A DNA stretch of 53,335 nucleotides, the filler included, from Basidiobolus ranarum (taxonomy: Eukaryota): assembly GCA_040143965.1 (NCBI GenBank). It is 3 parts of 3 records of this genome, joined end to end, with 100 filler letters (N's around TTAATTAATTAA, not from the genome) between each part and the next. Parts side by side here need not be neighbours in the genome. Positions count along the whole stretch, not along the records: positions 17,833 to 35,555 come from JASJQH010000295.1; positions 35,656 to 53,335 come from JASJQH010000296.1; 1 more part is not named here. One strand, 5' to 3'. Each line of letters starts with the position of its first letter. The stretch's first letter is position 1. The translations under genes were made by a program, and so were the position numbers. Below the pieces are notes generated by a model. It did no database searches. It saw only the letters and a program-made list of their open reading frames with translations, and was not told the DNA's origin. Positions 24,674 to 36,569 of this stretch are shown here, piece by piece.

Positions 24674-26243
24674 TCATCTATGTGAGAGAATTATGATGGT
24701 GAATTCGTAATCATCATCGTAATCGTAGACAATCGCCGACTGGGATTGGTCGACAGTAACACGAGTGCAAGCAAAAACAACCGGTCTTACGAAGCCAGTT
24801 GTTATTATAACATGAAGAATGGAGTAGCTAGTACGGGGTAGTCCCCCGAAATAAGCTTTATGGTATGATCCATTGGAGGGATCATGATTTCGACACGTAT
24901 TGTGTTCAAGCGCGTATGGTATGACAAGATGAATGATGAAAATGGCCCCGATATTCCCAGTAACCCTGGGCTTAACTTTAATCGGTTGGAAATCACGATC
25001 GGAGGTTTCAATCCCGTTTGTGGTTACTAATGTAAAACTGAATATCTCCCCTGGTTTGACTCCATTCCATTTACAACATCTTTGTTGGAAGCTGATCTCG
25101 AAGCAACTCACGACCTGTGTCTGCCTATAGTAGGGAGGATTTAGGCATCCGTGATCCACATGGCTTGTTCCCACAGAATGCAATAGAAGGTGGTTGCCAG
25201 CGCTCTTGTACGTGACATGGGCCAAGGTCGCTGTATTAGGCTAAATTCAGGTGCGATAAATCCCAGATTACATGGGTGATTTGGTGGAAGGGTGAGGCTG
25301 CGAGTAATGGGAAGGGACGCCGCACACAGTCAGAATTCTAGATTGGTGGCTGATGGGTAAGGTGGAACGAAACCAAACAATCACAGGACATTGATCATTT
25401 CGATAAGACATCCCCAGATAGCCTTAGAAGCAAGGTTGTCAGTATTGACTCGCTCAATCTGCCTTACCTCTGATTCCAACACTAGGTAGGTCTTATTTTT
25501 CCCATTTAATTCTAGAAATGCAGTGGTGAATTCTGATTGGGAATTGCATGCCACAGATCCTTCGACATTAGGATTAATTAAATTCCTACTATTTATGCAA
25601 TTTAGCTCGTCCTGGCTTCTACGTCCCATTATTGCCATGATTACGTCTTCTACCAAATATTCATTTCTTCCCTGTAATCCCCAAGCCCTGTCAATGAAAC
25701 GCCTCTTTTGGTGATTTACGTCAGTATATTCTGAACCCTCCAGCCAATCCGGCATGTTAGCTTCAAGCCGGTTGGATGATGATCTCTAATGCTTACGGCT
25801 ACTGGATCCAGAAGAATGCTACTCGGATCACTCATGTATACCCAATTTATTCTCTAGACGCAGTGGGATCCATACCCAGATCTGACTACTTCCTGATATT
25901 GATGCAATGGGTCAAGTTACCTGGGGAAGGTTCGAACACTTACGTCGACTCTCTGGCCCACTCTTGTATGTTTGAATCTGTTGATTCTCAATCGGGTTTC
26001 ACCAGTATATGGAGTTGTAGAGTGTAATACACAACCACCTTGGATTGAAAATTAAATGAAGGCTGTCTTCTTGAGGTATCGAGTGATTGATGATGCTGAG
26101 TTCACCATGGTTAGAAAGTGTAACATATAGACCATATTGGAGCGAGCTAGTTTATCATTTTTCTCCCAAGGGTCTATCCGTACATCTAGTATGAATACTG
26201 GAGTTGAATTGGAGGTGATGATAATAAAAAAAATGATTTGCAT
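24674..26243 (-). pseudogene. Decayed intronless coding-like sequence of unknown origin
   Basis: Consecutive minus-strand ORFs of 63, 124 and 183 aa, linked by isolated in-frame stops or frameshifts; no splice signals or family motif recognised. Confidence 0.4.
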
Positions 26244-26827
26244 ATATTACTTTATCGAGAAGATATCAAGCCACAGAACAATTATATCTGGAGTACAGAT
26301 GAAACCGGCCGATATACACTCCAAGGGTCTTCAGAAAGGCACGCAACAAGCTTAGGGAATATAGCAGTAAGACAATTTGATCTTTTTTAATGCTTTTCAG
26401 ATATATGGAGAATTGATATTCCAAAGAAAACAGTATGCATTATCTATGAAATATATGGATATTGAAGTTGTAAATTTTACCATATACATTCTTCAAAATG
26501 GCATATTTCTAAAATGTCAATTGGTAGTGTGTAGATGACTTGAAAGATGTATGCCAGTGCACTGGTTGTTATTGAGATATTTTTGGTATTTCTACTAATA
26601 TTATAAATAAAGTATAGCAAAATTTGGGCTACATTATAATATATTGAAAGGTTTCTCAGTACTGCGTGCCTCAAATATATGAAATTGATTCATTGGTATC
26701 TCACACCTTTTCAACAGAGTAGTCTTTTATGGTGAAAAATGACTTCGTATTGGGTGGAGTGCACCATCTTTCTAATTTATTGTTAGGAGGTTTAATCATG
26801 TATACATTGCTGAAGTAATATAGTCCA

Positions 26828-27196
26828 TGCTAAAGTGTTTTGGGAGTTTGCTGGAAGTGGTTTGGAGAACTAGAAGATGTTGAAATTAGCATTGCCTAAA
26901 CACCTATATAGTCATATATAGCTTAGTACTTAGTTATCTTATATTTCACGAAGATGTCACCCACTATTCTCAATTGGAATTTGCTTAGAACTTCATTATT
27001 CTCAATTGGAATTTACTTAGAAGTTCTCAGATATCTAGATTTTTCAATGAAGCCCCAAACTTTGCACACATGTTCCTGGGACCTTCCTGAACACATTCTA
27101 CACGTAGTAAACTATAAATATCAACTCAATAAGTGAAAACCGCCAATTTCTCTAATTCTCCAAACCACTTCCAACAGACTTCCAAATACTTTAACA
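26828..27196. mobile_element. Solo LTR copy D (26878-27196, +) abutting a 50-bp opposite-orientation LTR end (copy C, 26828-26877)
   Basis: TGTTGAAATTAGCATTGCCTAAACACC...CCAAATACTTTAACA, preceded by TGCTAAAGTGTTTTGGGAGTTTGCTGGAAGTGGTTTGGAGAAC; internal 32-bp duplication at about 26965-27028. Confidence 0.8.
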
Positions 27197-27491
27197 TTTT
27201 TGATATGCAACTAGACACTATTTCTCCAAACCTCCTTCCATCACCATTGAACTTTACTTCTACTGGTTTCTGATAGATTAGGTCCTGAAAATATTCTTTT
27301 CTGCCACCCGTATCACGTAGTATTTCTGTAAGAAGCATCTTTACATATATAAAATTCTATTTATTATGCCACAACAAGGTTAGAGCTTCATATATGTTAG
27401 TAAATGGATTATATTCCATCAACAGGAATCTCAAATTTGTTTTATATTTTAATACATAGTATTGCTACAAGTTGGCAAGTGTTAAGTTACT

Positions 27492-27780
27492 TGTGGAAAT
27501 TAACACAACTTAAGCATAAATATAGTCATATACAGCTTAGTATTTAGTTATTCCATGTTTCACTAAGATATCACCTATTCACAATAAGAATTTACTTAGT
27601 CATATATAGCTTGGTATTTAGTTATCTTACACTTTCACCAAGATATTACTCATTATTCTCAAGAGGAATTTACTTAGAATATTGACACCAACTTGAAAGT
27701 TCTCAGATATATAGATTTTTCAAACATGTCCCGGAAGCCCCAAACTTTACTCATATGTTCCTGGGATCTTTCTCACATTT
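27492..27780 (+). mobile_element. Truncated LTR copy E with internal tandem duplication
   Basis: Starts TGTGGAAATTAAC; the block TAGTCATATA...GAATTTACTTAG occurs twice; similarity is lost after CCTGGGATCTT. Confidence 0.72.
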
Positions 27781-28637
27781 GTCTGTTTACCAAAATGCCT
27801 TCTAGGAAGTCTTTTTAAGCACTTGTCAATAATCTAACATTTCACTCGATGTGATTTAGTAAATTGCTTGTAGTCTATTTTGTGCACTGTAGAGAAAATC
27901 AAGTTAAACACCGGCCCAATTCAAACTAAACATTGCTGAATATTCTTGGTGCGTTTGAAGCAGCAAAGAGTGCGCAAGAGAGTTGGAAGTGAGCAGGAGA
28001 GTGAAGTATATCCAAGAAATGTTTGTACATGTGAAGGTACACATGGGTTGTATATGCACTATACATAAATCCAATAGAGGAATGCTCTATTTCGACGACA
28101 GTCCATCAGTAAATCGGCATCTATCAGCACGATAAGCATTAGTAATATGATCGAGTCGTTGACAAAAACTGCAGTGAAACCCATCTGAAATAAAATACTA
28201 ATAGCGCGATATTTTACTTGATACACAGTACACTGATAATATATAATAAAAGTACGCTAAATATGCTCAACTATGAAACGCAATGCTCTTCAAAAATAAC
28301 AGCCTTAAAATTCATAAGACTAATTGCTGATAAGTGTAATATTGATTTGACATTCAATTTTTATAAGTCATTTGATAAGCAATGCTCAACTTTTTGATAT
28401 CGCTTCGAACACGTCTGAAGCTGAGAGATTGCAGATGCCGTGATTGTTGCCCCTTGGAATATTTTCATATGGTTGGCTTCAAAATTCGATACTTCTTATT
28501 TTAATATATGTATCCAAGTTCTGTCAAGGATACTTTATTGAAAAGCCCATTCAAATCAACGAGACAAATCGATAGATGAGCTTTTCTGAGCTTTATAAGG
28601 TGGTAATCAATATGTCGTACTGGGGAGCTATAAAACG

Positions 28638-29357
28638 TTAGTAGCGATGACCCTTAATAACTAAGTCAGAAAGGTCAGCTTGATCACCAGTGACATTGAC
28701 GTGAGGAGAGGCACGTTCAAACATTCTACAGGAAAGATTGAATATTACATTAATAGTGGTGCTACAAATGTACTGCTAATCCAACACATACTCTGGATAA
28801 CGTAAAGCACGGAACTTAGGACGAACATCATCTTTCAAAATGAAACTTTGTTCGACATAGTCAGCAACCATCTGAAGTTCTCTTTGATTGATGTCTTTCC
28901 AAACTTGCTCTGGGGTCATTGAACGTTCAATGAATCTAGTAATAGGATGTTGCTAATTTATACAAATGCAAAGTGAGTGTTGAGCTTGAATCAGTTGAAG
29001 TATTCCAGGAAATTACTTGAAATTTATCCATGACGGCTTCGTCAAGCTTAGACCATAGAAAAGCACCACCGATCACTAAAAGAGTACCCTTCCAGAAACC
29101 TCCGGAGAAATCTACAAAGACGATTGGTTTATTTTAAATAGGGTTCAAAAGCATTTAATTAAACCCGAAGGTAAAAAAGTTCAAATTTGTACTTCTCAGT
29201 GGGAATACTGACCTTCAACTGGAAAGTCATGATGCTCTTCATGATGGGCATCACTTTGTGAAGCTAGGGTACGAGTGTTTTTAGGGCTATTAATAAAGCT
29301 TTTTTGGTGAGAAAGTAGACTTCCAACGCTACGCAGTTTCAAAACTTGTCTAGACAT
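28638..29357 (-). CDS. Mitochondrial complex I accessory subunit, fungal 17.8 kDa (NDUFB5-like); 4 exons; absent from the ORF track
   Basis: Spliced: MSRQVLKLRSVGSLLSHQKSFINSPKNTRTLASQSDAHHEEHHDFPVE|DFSGGFWKGTLLVIGGAFLWSKLDEAVMDKFQ|QHPITRFIERSMTPEQVWKDINQRELQ...LRYPE|MFERASPHVNVTGDQADLSDLVIKGHRY*. Presequence, His-rich patch, one TM and a YPE-F-xx-S-P motif resemble Neurospora NUO17.8 as recalled. Confidence 0.8.
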
Positions 29358-32300
29358 ATTGGATTTTCTTTGCAAGAGCGACCACGAAATCCAACTGTGT
29401 AGTCAAACAAGCGTTTCTATCTTTTGCGTTATGACCCTCAGCTCCTCAAAAAACTCGACTGCCCCATTAAGGATCTGTATTTTACCACAAGCTTCACTCA
29501 CCCTGATTTACCTCATATTATAAATTTCCTGGGGAGAAAATAACCTTGATTTATTAAATTGGTTGGGGATACCTATGGTTTAAACTACCGTCTATCGCCT
29601 TAACACGTATGACAAATGAATATGACTCCAAAGTCGATAATATCTTTCAAAAAAGGGCTGTGCGTTCATGAGGAAATTGTCAATGGCTCTATTTAATATC
29701 TAATATGGGCTTGAAATACATGACTGGGGACATCTTGGCAGCCTCATAGATCTTCGTAACAAGATGGGAAATTAGCTCAGCTCGCTAAGGTATCTTGTTC
29801 CCGTTCCAGGTAAAGATACCTTCGGGTATATCTAATTCTCGGTATAATCGGATTATTGATATCAAGTCCATGCTGGCCCCTTTTCCTACTTAATTCTCGA
29901 GATTGGACTCTAGTATTGTGTTCATTGATGAATCTGGTAGCAGAGTTTCGCTCGTGTGAATTAGCCGTACCATTCAGCTTATTTCGGGAGTGTCTTATAT
30001 TCTGGTTTTCTCGATAGATTTAGAATTTAAGCTATTATTGCCATCATATTACCTGATACACCTCTAAGTACCTAAAATAAAGCGATTCACTTTGTCTATT
30101 TAATCAACATTCTTTGCTATGGTACAAAGATTCTCCCAATAATCATGAGAGTCACTTCAAAATCTACCAAATTTGTATCACTTCCGATTGTATTCATTTC
30201 AAATCCATACTAACTACAATCGTCTGAGCTCTCTCTTTTGTTGTTAATCCCATCTTTTTTCGGTAGGTTAAGAGTAATTTCATTGCTAGAAGCTACTAAC
30301 CTTGTAGCACATTAAAAGTCATGGTTGAAGAGCAAGAGGGCATCAAGTCATGACTAGAAAGTACACTAATCACCGTTCCTTTGCGAAAAAGCGCCTATAT
30401 CTGTCAAAGCTAGTAAGAACTTCACAACCAAGCATATGGGCATTGTTGATATCTATCCAGATCCCTCTGTCAATAAACGACATGGTACGTATTCATATTT
30501 GACTTTCTCGTAGACGTAATGACGATGAAGATACCAAGGAAAAGGTCTACAATCATGTCACCCTCGTCCCAGTTGTTTAATACAGAGTCTCCTTATCAAA
30601 CTGGTTGAAGAGAATCAGGTCACTTTTTCCACCTGTAAGCTATCATGGTGCTCAGAATTCTTGCCCGGAGTACTACCCTTTTCTCCGTATTTTAGAAACC
30701 CATACATATTCCTTATAGCCAATGACTTTAATACTAGCGTATCTCGATTTGAGCAATAAGACGTGATTATATACTAATCAATGTGCATGTTGATACTCCC
30801 TGAAGGATCTTTCATAGCAGCTCCTCAGTACTCCAAGACAGCCTCAAAGTTTCATTTTTCTGCTCTATTGTTGCAGTCATTTGGAAGCTACAAGAAATAC
30901 ACATCTAGGACGTTGCAACTGATCAATATTATTGAAATCACTCATGTTGATAGTTTAAGCCAGTACTCTTCTATCGGATAATCAAAGATGAATGATTAGT
31001 GATGTAGTACAATGCTATTGATGGGATGTCGATACAGGAATTTCATACACGCCGATGGGAAACGATCATGGAGATGTGAAATTTCCCAACTTCAATCGGT
31101 TAGCTTAGAAATGGGATCCTAAGAGGAAAAGCCTTTATCGGCATTGCATTCCGATGAATCGCTAGGTTTTTACGTTGTTACCTGGATGCAGTCCCAGCTT
31201 TCAATCGCTACTGACGACTAGAAGGCTCTAACCACGTATTTATAAAGATTATATTGAGCTTCACAGTCTTAATTTATCCTGTAGCCGCTATTCGTTTAAG
31301 TTAGTTTGCTACCTTTTGTTTTCACGCTGAATCCATGTTTTTGTCAATACAAGATAACTCCCCATATATAGTCCTTTCGCTATCGAATGTACACATCTGT
31401 TTTTGTAAGATAACGTTCGAACGAGCTTTTCACCTGTGTTTATTCTTGAGATGCATCCTTGATACAACGGTTCAATCTTCACATTCGTTATTTCGGTTAC
31501 TTTAATATGTGAGATTCGCTCCAATACCTGTACTCTTGAACTACATGTTGTTAATTAAAAGGATGATCTGTAGCACCTGCTTGCCATATCCAGTCAGAAA
31601 TAATGGGGTGAGACGTGCATCTATGTCGAAGTCCAGCAGAAGGGTTAATCGTAGGAATATTGCCAATCCATCTGATTTACTAGTAAACAAACACATATCT
31701 AACATGACCCTGAGCTTCGTCAATCTATAGGCCTACCCTGGTAAGTGGTGCAATGCAATCAGAGCCGGCAATATTTCATTTTGGATCCAGTAACTCTTGT
31801 GATGTGAAGGAAGCAACTTCTTACTTGTTCCATTGACCGGGAAAACTGTATACCATTGCCGCGGAACATCTAAAAATCATCCAACTGCCTTTCTGATAAT
31901 TAGCGGTATCTTCTCGAAACAGGTTTATTTGCAATGGAAATAATATCAGCGTCCTGGTTATCAACAATTATCACCCACTGAAGGTTAAGCCTTTCATGCT
32001 TATTAATTCAGTGCTGGAGGTTTTGCTGCAAACTGGCTTTCATTTACTGTTGGATTTCACAACCTATTTTGATTTACGCTTCATTTGTATTCTCTTATGC
32101 TCAAGTTTTTGAAATTAACTTGCTTGTATGATACTAACCGAAATCAAGAAAACAAGAGGGATAAAGCCCAACACCAGAATTACTGTGTGTTGCGGTTGAA
32201 AGTTGGAAGTGAACTGCTTCTAGAAAGCTAGAGCAGTGGGGTGGGAATCTCTTCTACCTGTGGATTATGTGTATACACCATATCTCATGAAAATGAGCTC

Positions 32301-32841
32301 TGTCTTGGGACTTGTTGATTCAATACAGATAGTTTCAGAAGTGCGAATTTATTACCAGTAATTGGTTTTGGGTTGAAGTAATAGGCTTACTTGATGATGA
32401 CAAATATTTGGATTATTCATTGGTTAAGACATAAATATATTATCGCCGAGTTTCCTATTTAAGTTCTATAGATGCCCCTTCAACCAACCACAAGGTCTTT
32501 TTGTCTACTCTCTATAGTTCCTTATTTATCCTTCACACATCGCAGCAAAGCTGCCCTCAAATTTAGCTGAGTATTCTAATAAGCCGTTCTATCGTACTTA
32601 AACTCCAATTTTCCACTGTCTGTTTGCTTCAGTCCTTATAATACATCTGAAGTAAATTCCTTTGTAGCATATTATTTCACTATATCTATAGTTACAACTA
32701 TCGATCTTTAGTAAGTCTTTTGGGGCTCTTAACCCTCACCTTTAGAAATCTTCTACAGTGCTCATTTTACTAAGTTATCTTTCTACTTAGCGACAACCTA
32801 GAGTTTACGAAATCCTTTTAGTTAGTATATATAGTTGAAGA

Positions 32842-34469
32842 ATGAAACACCCAAAGCTTAACCTTGGAATGATGGGAAAAGGCTTTGGTGGATTACCCAC
32901 CTTACCACCTGGACCTTCTCCATTTGCGAATTTTTCCAAATTCGTGTAAGCCCTTAATGAACCAACTTTCCCTACTTTATTCACTATGATACTCAACAGT
33001 CAATATATAGTGATCCTTCTGGCAAACTCAACTTCAATGGTAAAGCTGTACTTCACGCTCAAGGAGTGGATTTCAGTAACGGAAACAGCTACAAAATCAA
33101 TATTGACGAATTGATATTGGAAGAGGAACTTGGTAAAGGACAATATGGTGTTGTTCAACGAGTATTCCATAAGCCAACTAATGTTACCATGGCAATGAAG
33201 GTTGGTTTCTCTTTATATTCATATGTGGAATGCGATTTTTACTGCATTTACCTTACATCGCTTGGCCTCTCCCAATGCTGTAGATTCAAATTCCGTCTAA
33301 TTACTGATGGGGTTTCGGTAATTTGTTAGGAGATTCGTCTGGAGCTTGATCAAGCAAAATTGAACCAAATTCTGATGGAGTTGGATGTATTACACAAATC
33401 GCGATCCCCTTATATTGTAGACTTTTATGGGGCATTTTTCATTGAATCATGCGTTTATTATTGTATGGAGAATATGGACTGTGGTTCTTTGGATAAACTG
33501 TATCACGATGGAGTATCCGAAGATGTTCTAGCCAAAATCACTTTATCGGTATACTTTCATAATATTTAGTGGAATATGGGTGATGTGTTAGAATGGAACT
33601 AACGAAGTCACCTCATCTCATTCATTATCGTATATAGATAGTTAAGGGGTTGAAGTTTTTGAAAGATGAACTTTCGATCATCCATAGAGGTATGTGTCGT
33701 TAACACTGTGCTAGAATAGCGAGTATTCGAAAGATTAATTTCTCTTCTTAGATGTTAAGCCTACCAACGTACTAGTCAATTCCAAAGGCCAAGTTAAATT
33801 GTGCGACTTTGGTGTATCTGGACAGCTAATTCAGTCGATTGCAAAGACTCATATTGGATGTCAGAGTTATATGGCAGTAAGTATCTTCAAAAAGGATCCA
33901 TTTCTCATGAGAAACATTTTCTAAAATCAACCGCGTTTATCCCTCAAACCTAGCCCGAAAGAATCATCTCCAGTACTGCCGAATCCTATACGGCTCAGTC
34001 GGATGTTTGGTCCCTTGGCCTCTCTATCCTTGAACTTGCTTTAGGAAAATATCCTTATCCTCCGGAAACCTTTGACTCGCCATTTGCCCAGATCAAAGCT
34101 ATTGTTACCGGCAATCCTTTGTCACTCCCCGAGTCTCGATTCTCGGAGGAGTGTAGAGATTTTGTTTCTCAGTGGTAAGTCTATAAGAATATTCGTAACA
34201 ATATTGTCCGCTAATTCTACATCCTCATTACTTATTTCCCATAGTCTGATTAAAAATCCAAAGGAACGACCCAACTACGCCGAATTATTGGTAAGTAAAC
34301 CTAGCAAGACCATGTGAAAGTTTATTTAAGAAGAGTTCTCATAAAAAATATTTTATCATAGGCACATCCTTGGCTTCAAAAATACGAGACTACCGACGTG
34401 GATATGCAGAGTTGGGCCCAAGAGGCGAACCAACAGCGTAAAGAAAAATCCAGTGGGGTAGGGGAATGA
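32842..34469 (+). CDS. PBS2: MAP kinase kinase, Pbs2/Wis1 (HOG pathway) type; about 8 exons
   Basis: [104 protein letters not shown]; stop TGA ending 34469. Confidence 0.9.
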
Positions 34470-35555
34470 AGAATGAGCTGAGGTGGCATATTTGACCGAA
34501 GGGTTTACCTTCATCCTTATCCCTATCCCTATCCCTATCCTCCCAACCTCACACTTACATATCTTTAACGTAAATTCGTATGTCACTTTGTTCAATTCTC
34601 TTGTTTACCAGATTAACGGATTAATTTTGTATCTTTCTTTTATCAAATCATTACTATTCCAAATATTTATATTCAAGTGAAACTGAAGCAGTATATATTA
34701 TAAAATCTGATTCTTTTATTTATTAGCTTATTTCATACAAACATCATATTGACCAAGTACTTATTAATGTTCCAGCCCGTTAGTTGACTTCACTTCTAAA
34801 GCGTTTAAAGAATCTGCTTTGAAACATATATGAAGTTTTCTAGGGCTGGAAAGTAATTGAATGGCTAACTGCATAACTCTATTATCAGCAGTTTGAAGAG
34901 ACTAAAGCATCATTTCCTTAACTAAATTGTAATGAGTGGATTACATCATACTCTGATATGGAGCACAGTCCAAGTGAGAACCATTAGTGTCCAACTGAAT
35001 TGTTAAATCTATACTTTTTAGAGATTCTAAGCCAATTCCATGCATATGCTTATTCTTGAATGTTGTGAAGGTCACAGTTTTCATAGACATCAATCTCTAT
35101 TTTTCTGATTGTAAATATTTGGATATTGAAAATAGATCAGAGCTACAAGTGCACATAGAGAAAGAAGGATAGGTGCCTTGAGAATGTAGATGTTAGAATT
35201 ATCGTGTCGCCACATGTTTCATCAAAGATTCACTGAAGAAATGCAACATAAACAATCCAACTCTGTATGGATGTCACTGAAGAACCATTTCACCAAACAA
35301 TACTGATGGCAATGTGTGCGAGTCTAGAATTCAAATTAAGATTACCATATTAATAGCACACTTTAGAATTCTTTTTGAATCTCCGGATAATTGACGGATG
35401 AAACAGTAGTCACCTGGCGTCATAGAGTAACCATCCACCACTGAAAAGAAATGTGGAATCAGTGCGTCACACTCGAGCGTATTTAGTAGGAATATTCAAG
35501 TTCAGAGGTGACCTGCTGAAAACCACACACAATGATCCATCTCAATAGAATCAAC

Positions 35556-35655
35556 NNNNNNNNNNNNNNNNNNNNNNNNNNNNNNNNNNNNNNNNNNNNT
35601 TAATTAATTAANNNNNNNNNNNNNNNNNNNNNNNNNNNNNNNNNNNNNNNNNNNN
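35556..35655. other. Artificial contig-joining spacer
   Basis: 44 N + TTAATTAATTAA + 44 N, identical to the first spacer. Confidence 0.97.
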
Positions 35656-36172
35656 TATTGGCAGTAGTCTCGGAACAGTTAAATGGAATTGGCTCGTCAT
35701 GTTTGATTTCCGGTTTACTCGACTTGGTTGGCAATTGCTCTACCGTGGATGTTGGGGATGGAACATGACTCCTGGTGGTGTTCGTGGACGAGGGTTGAAG
35801 GGTTGAAGAGGATTTTTTCGAAATGAGATCATTCAACGAGCTTTGGGGAGTTGGGCGGAGGGTAGAGTAAGTTGAGTCTAGATCAGAGCTCTGTCGATAG
35901 GACACTTTTGGAACTGCGATGACCGGATACGCTTGTCTCATACTATGCGTAGTAGGAATCGTCGTGGAGGACTGCTGACGTACACGATATGATGATAGCC
36001 GGGTGTAGGTGGTATCCCTAATTTGAGATGGCATCATCTTCGCGCGGGGCTCGCTGATTGCTATGGTAGATGTTGGGTAAGCGGATGTTTTACCGAACAC
36101 GGAGATAGTAGAAGTCAGACATACTGCAAGAGATAAGATTATCTGGCTGGAGTGCCCTGTGCTAAGCCACAT
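35656..36172 (-). CDS. Secreted protein with Ser/Thr/Pro-rich N-terminal region; 3' end cut by contig end
   Basis: MWLSTGHSSQIILSLAVCLTSTISVFG signal-like segment (ATG 36172; the frame is open upstream to ATG 36349), then S/T-rich sequence ending PIPFNCSETTAN. Confidence 0.6.
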
Positions 36173-36569
36173 ATTTCTTGTTGAGGATTGTTTGGGTTGG
36201 AATTGGCGCTGGATAAGGTCTTTTATTGGGGTTTTCAAGAGTGGCAGGTTTTCACTCCTAGCTCCTATTGCCAATTGTTGCCATGGGGAACGGTCAATTA
36301 TGTCAGTGTGGGTGAAAATCTCAAGTAAATACATATATACAGCATCCATTTAGCCTGGTTTGGTGAGGAAAATTCCATGTTGATGAGTTATTTGCTATTG
36401 CAACTACAATCTTCAGAGCCGTGGCCCAATTGATTTTCTGTAGATTAAAGGGATCCCCTTTGATTTCATAAATAGATATGCATCTTCATGCGATTTATTA
36501 GAGCATGTACATCATGCGAATCCAACAGATAGGTCATATTCAAATGGATCTAATGTATAGTCAATTGTA

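Noticed and set aside
25330..25383. In-frame TGA codons as selenocysteine or genetic-code reassignment
   Set aside because: TAA/TAG stops and frameshifts occur in the same region, no redox motif or SECIS is evident, and TGA ends the MAPKK normally.
34516..34540. (TATCCC)n hexamer run as a telomeric or CRISPR-like repeat
   Set aside because: Only about four units in a 3' UTR; ordinary microsatellite.
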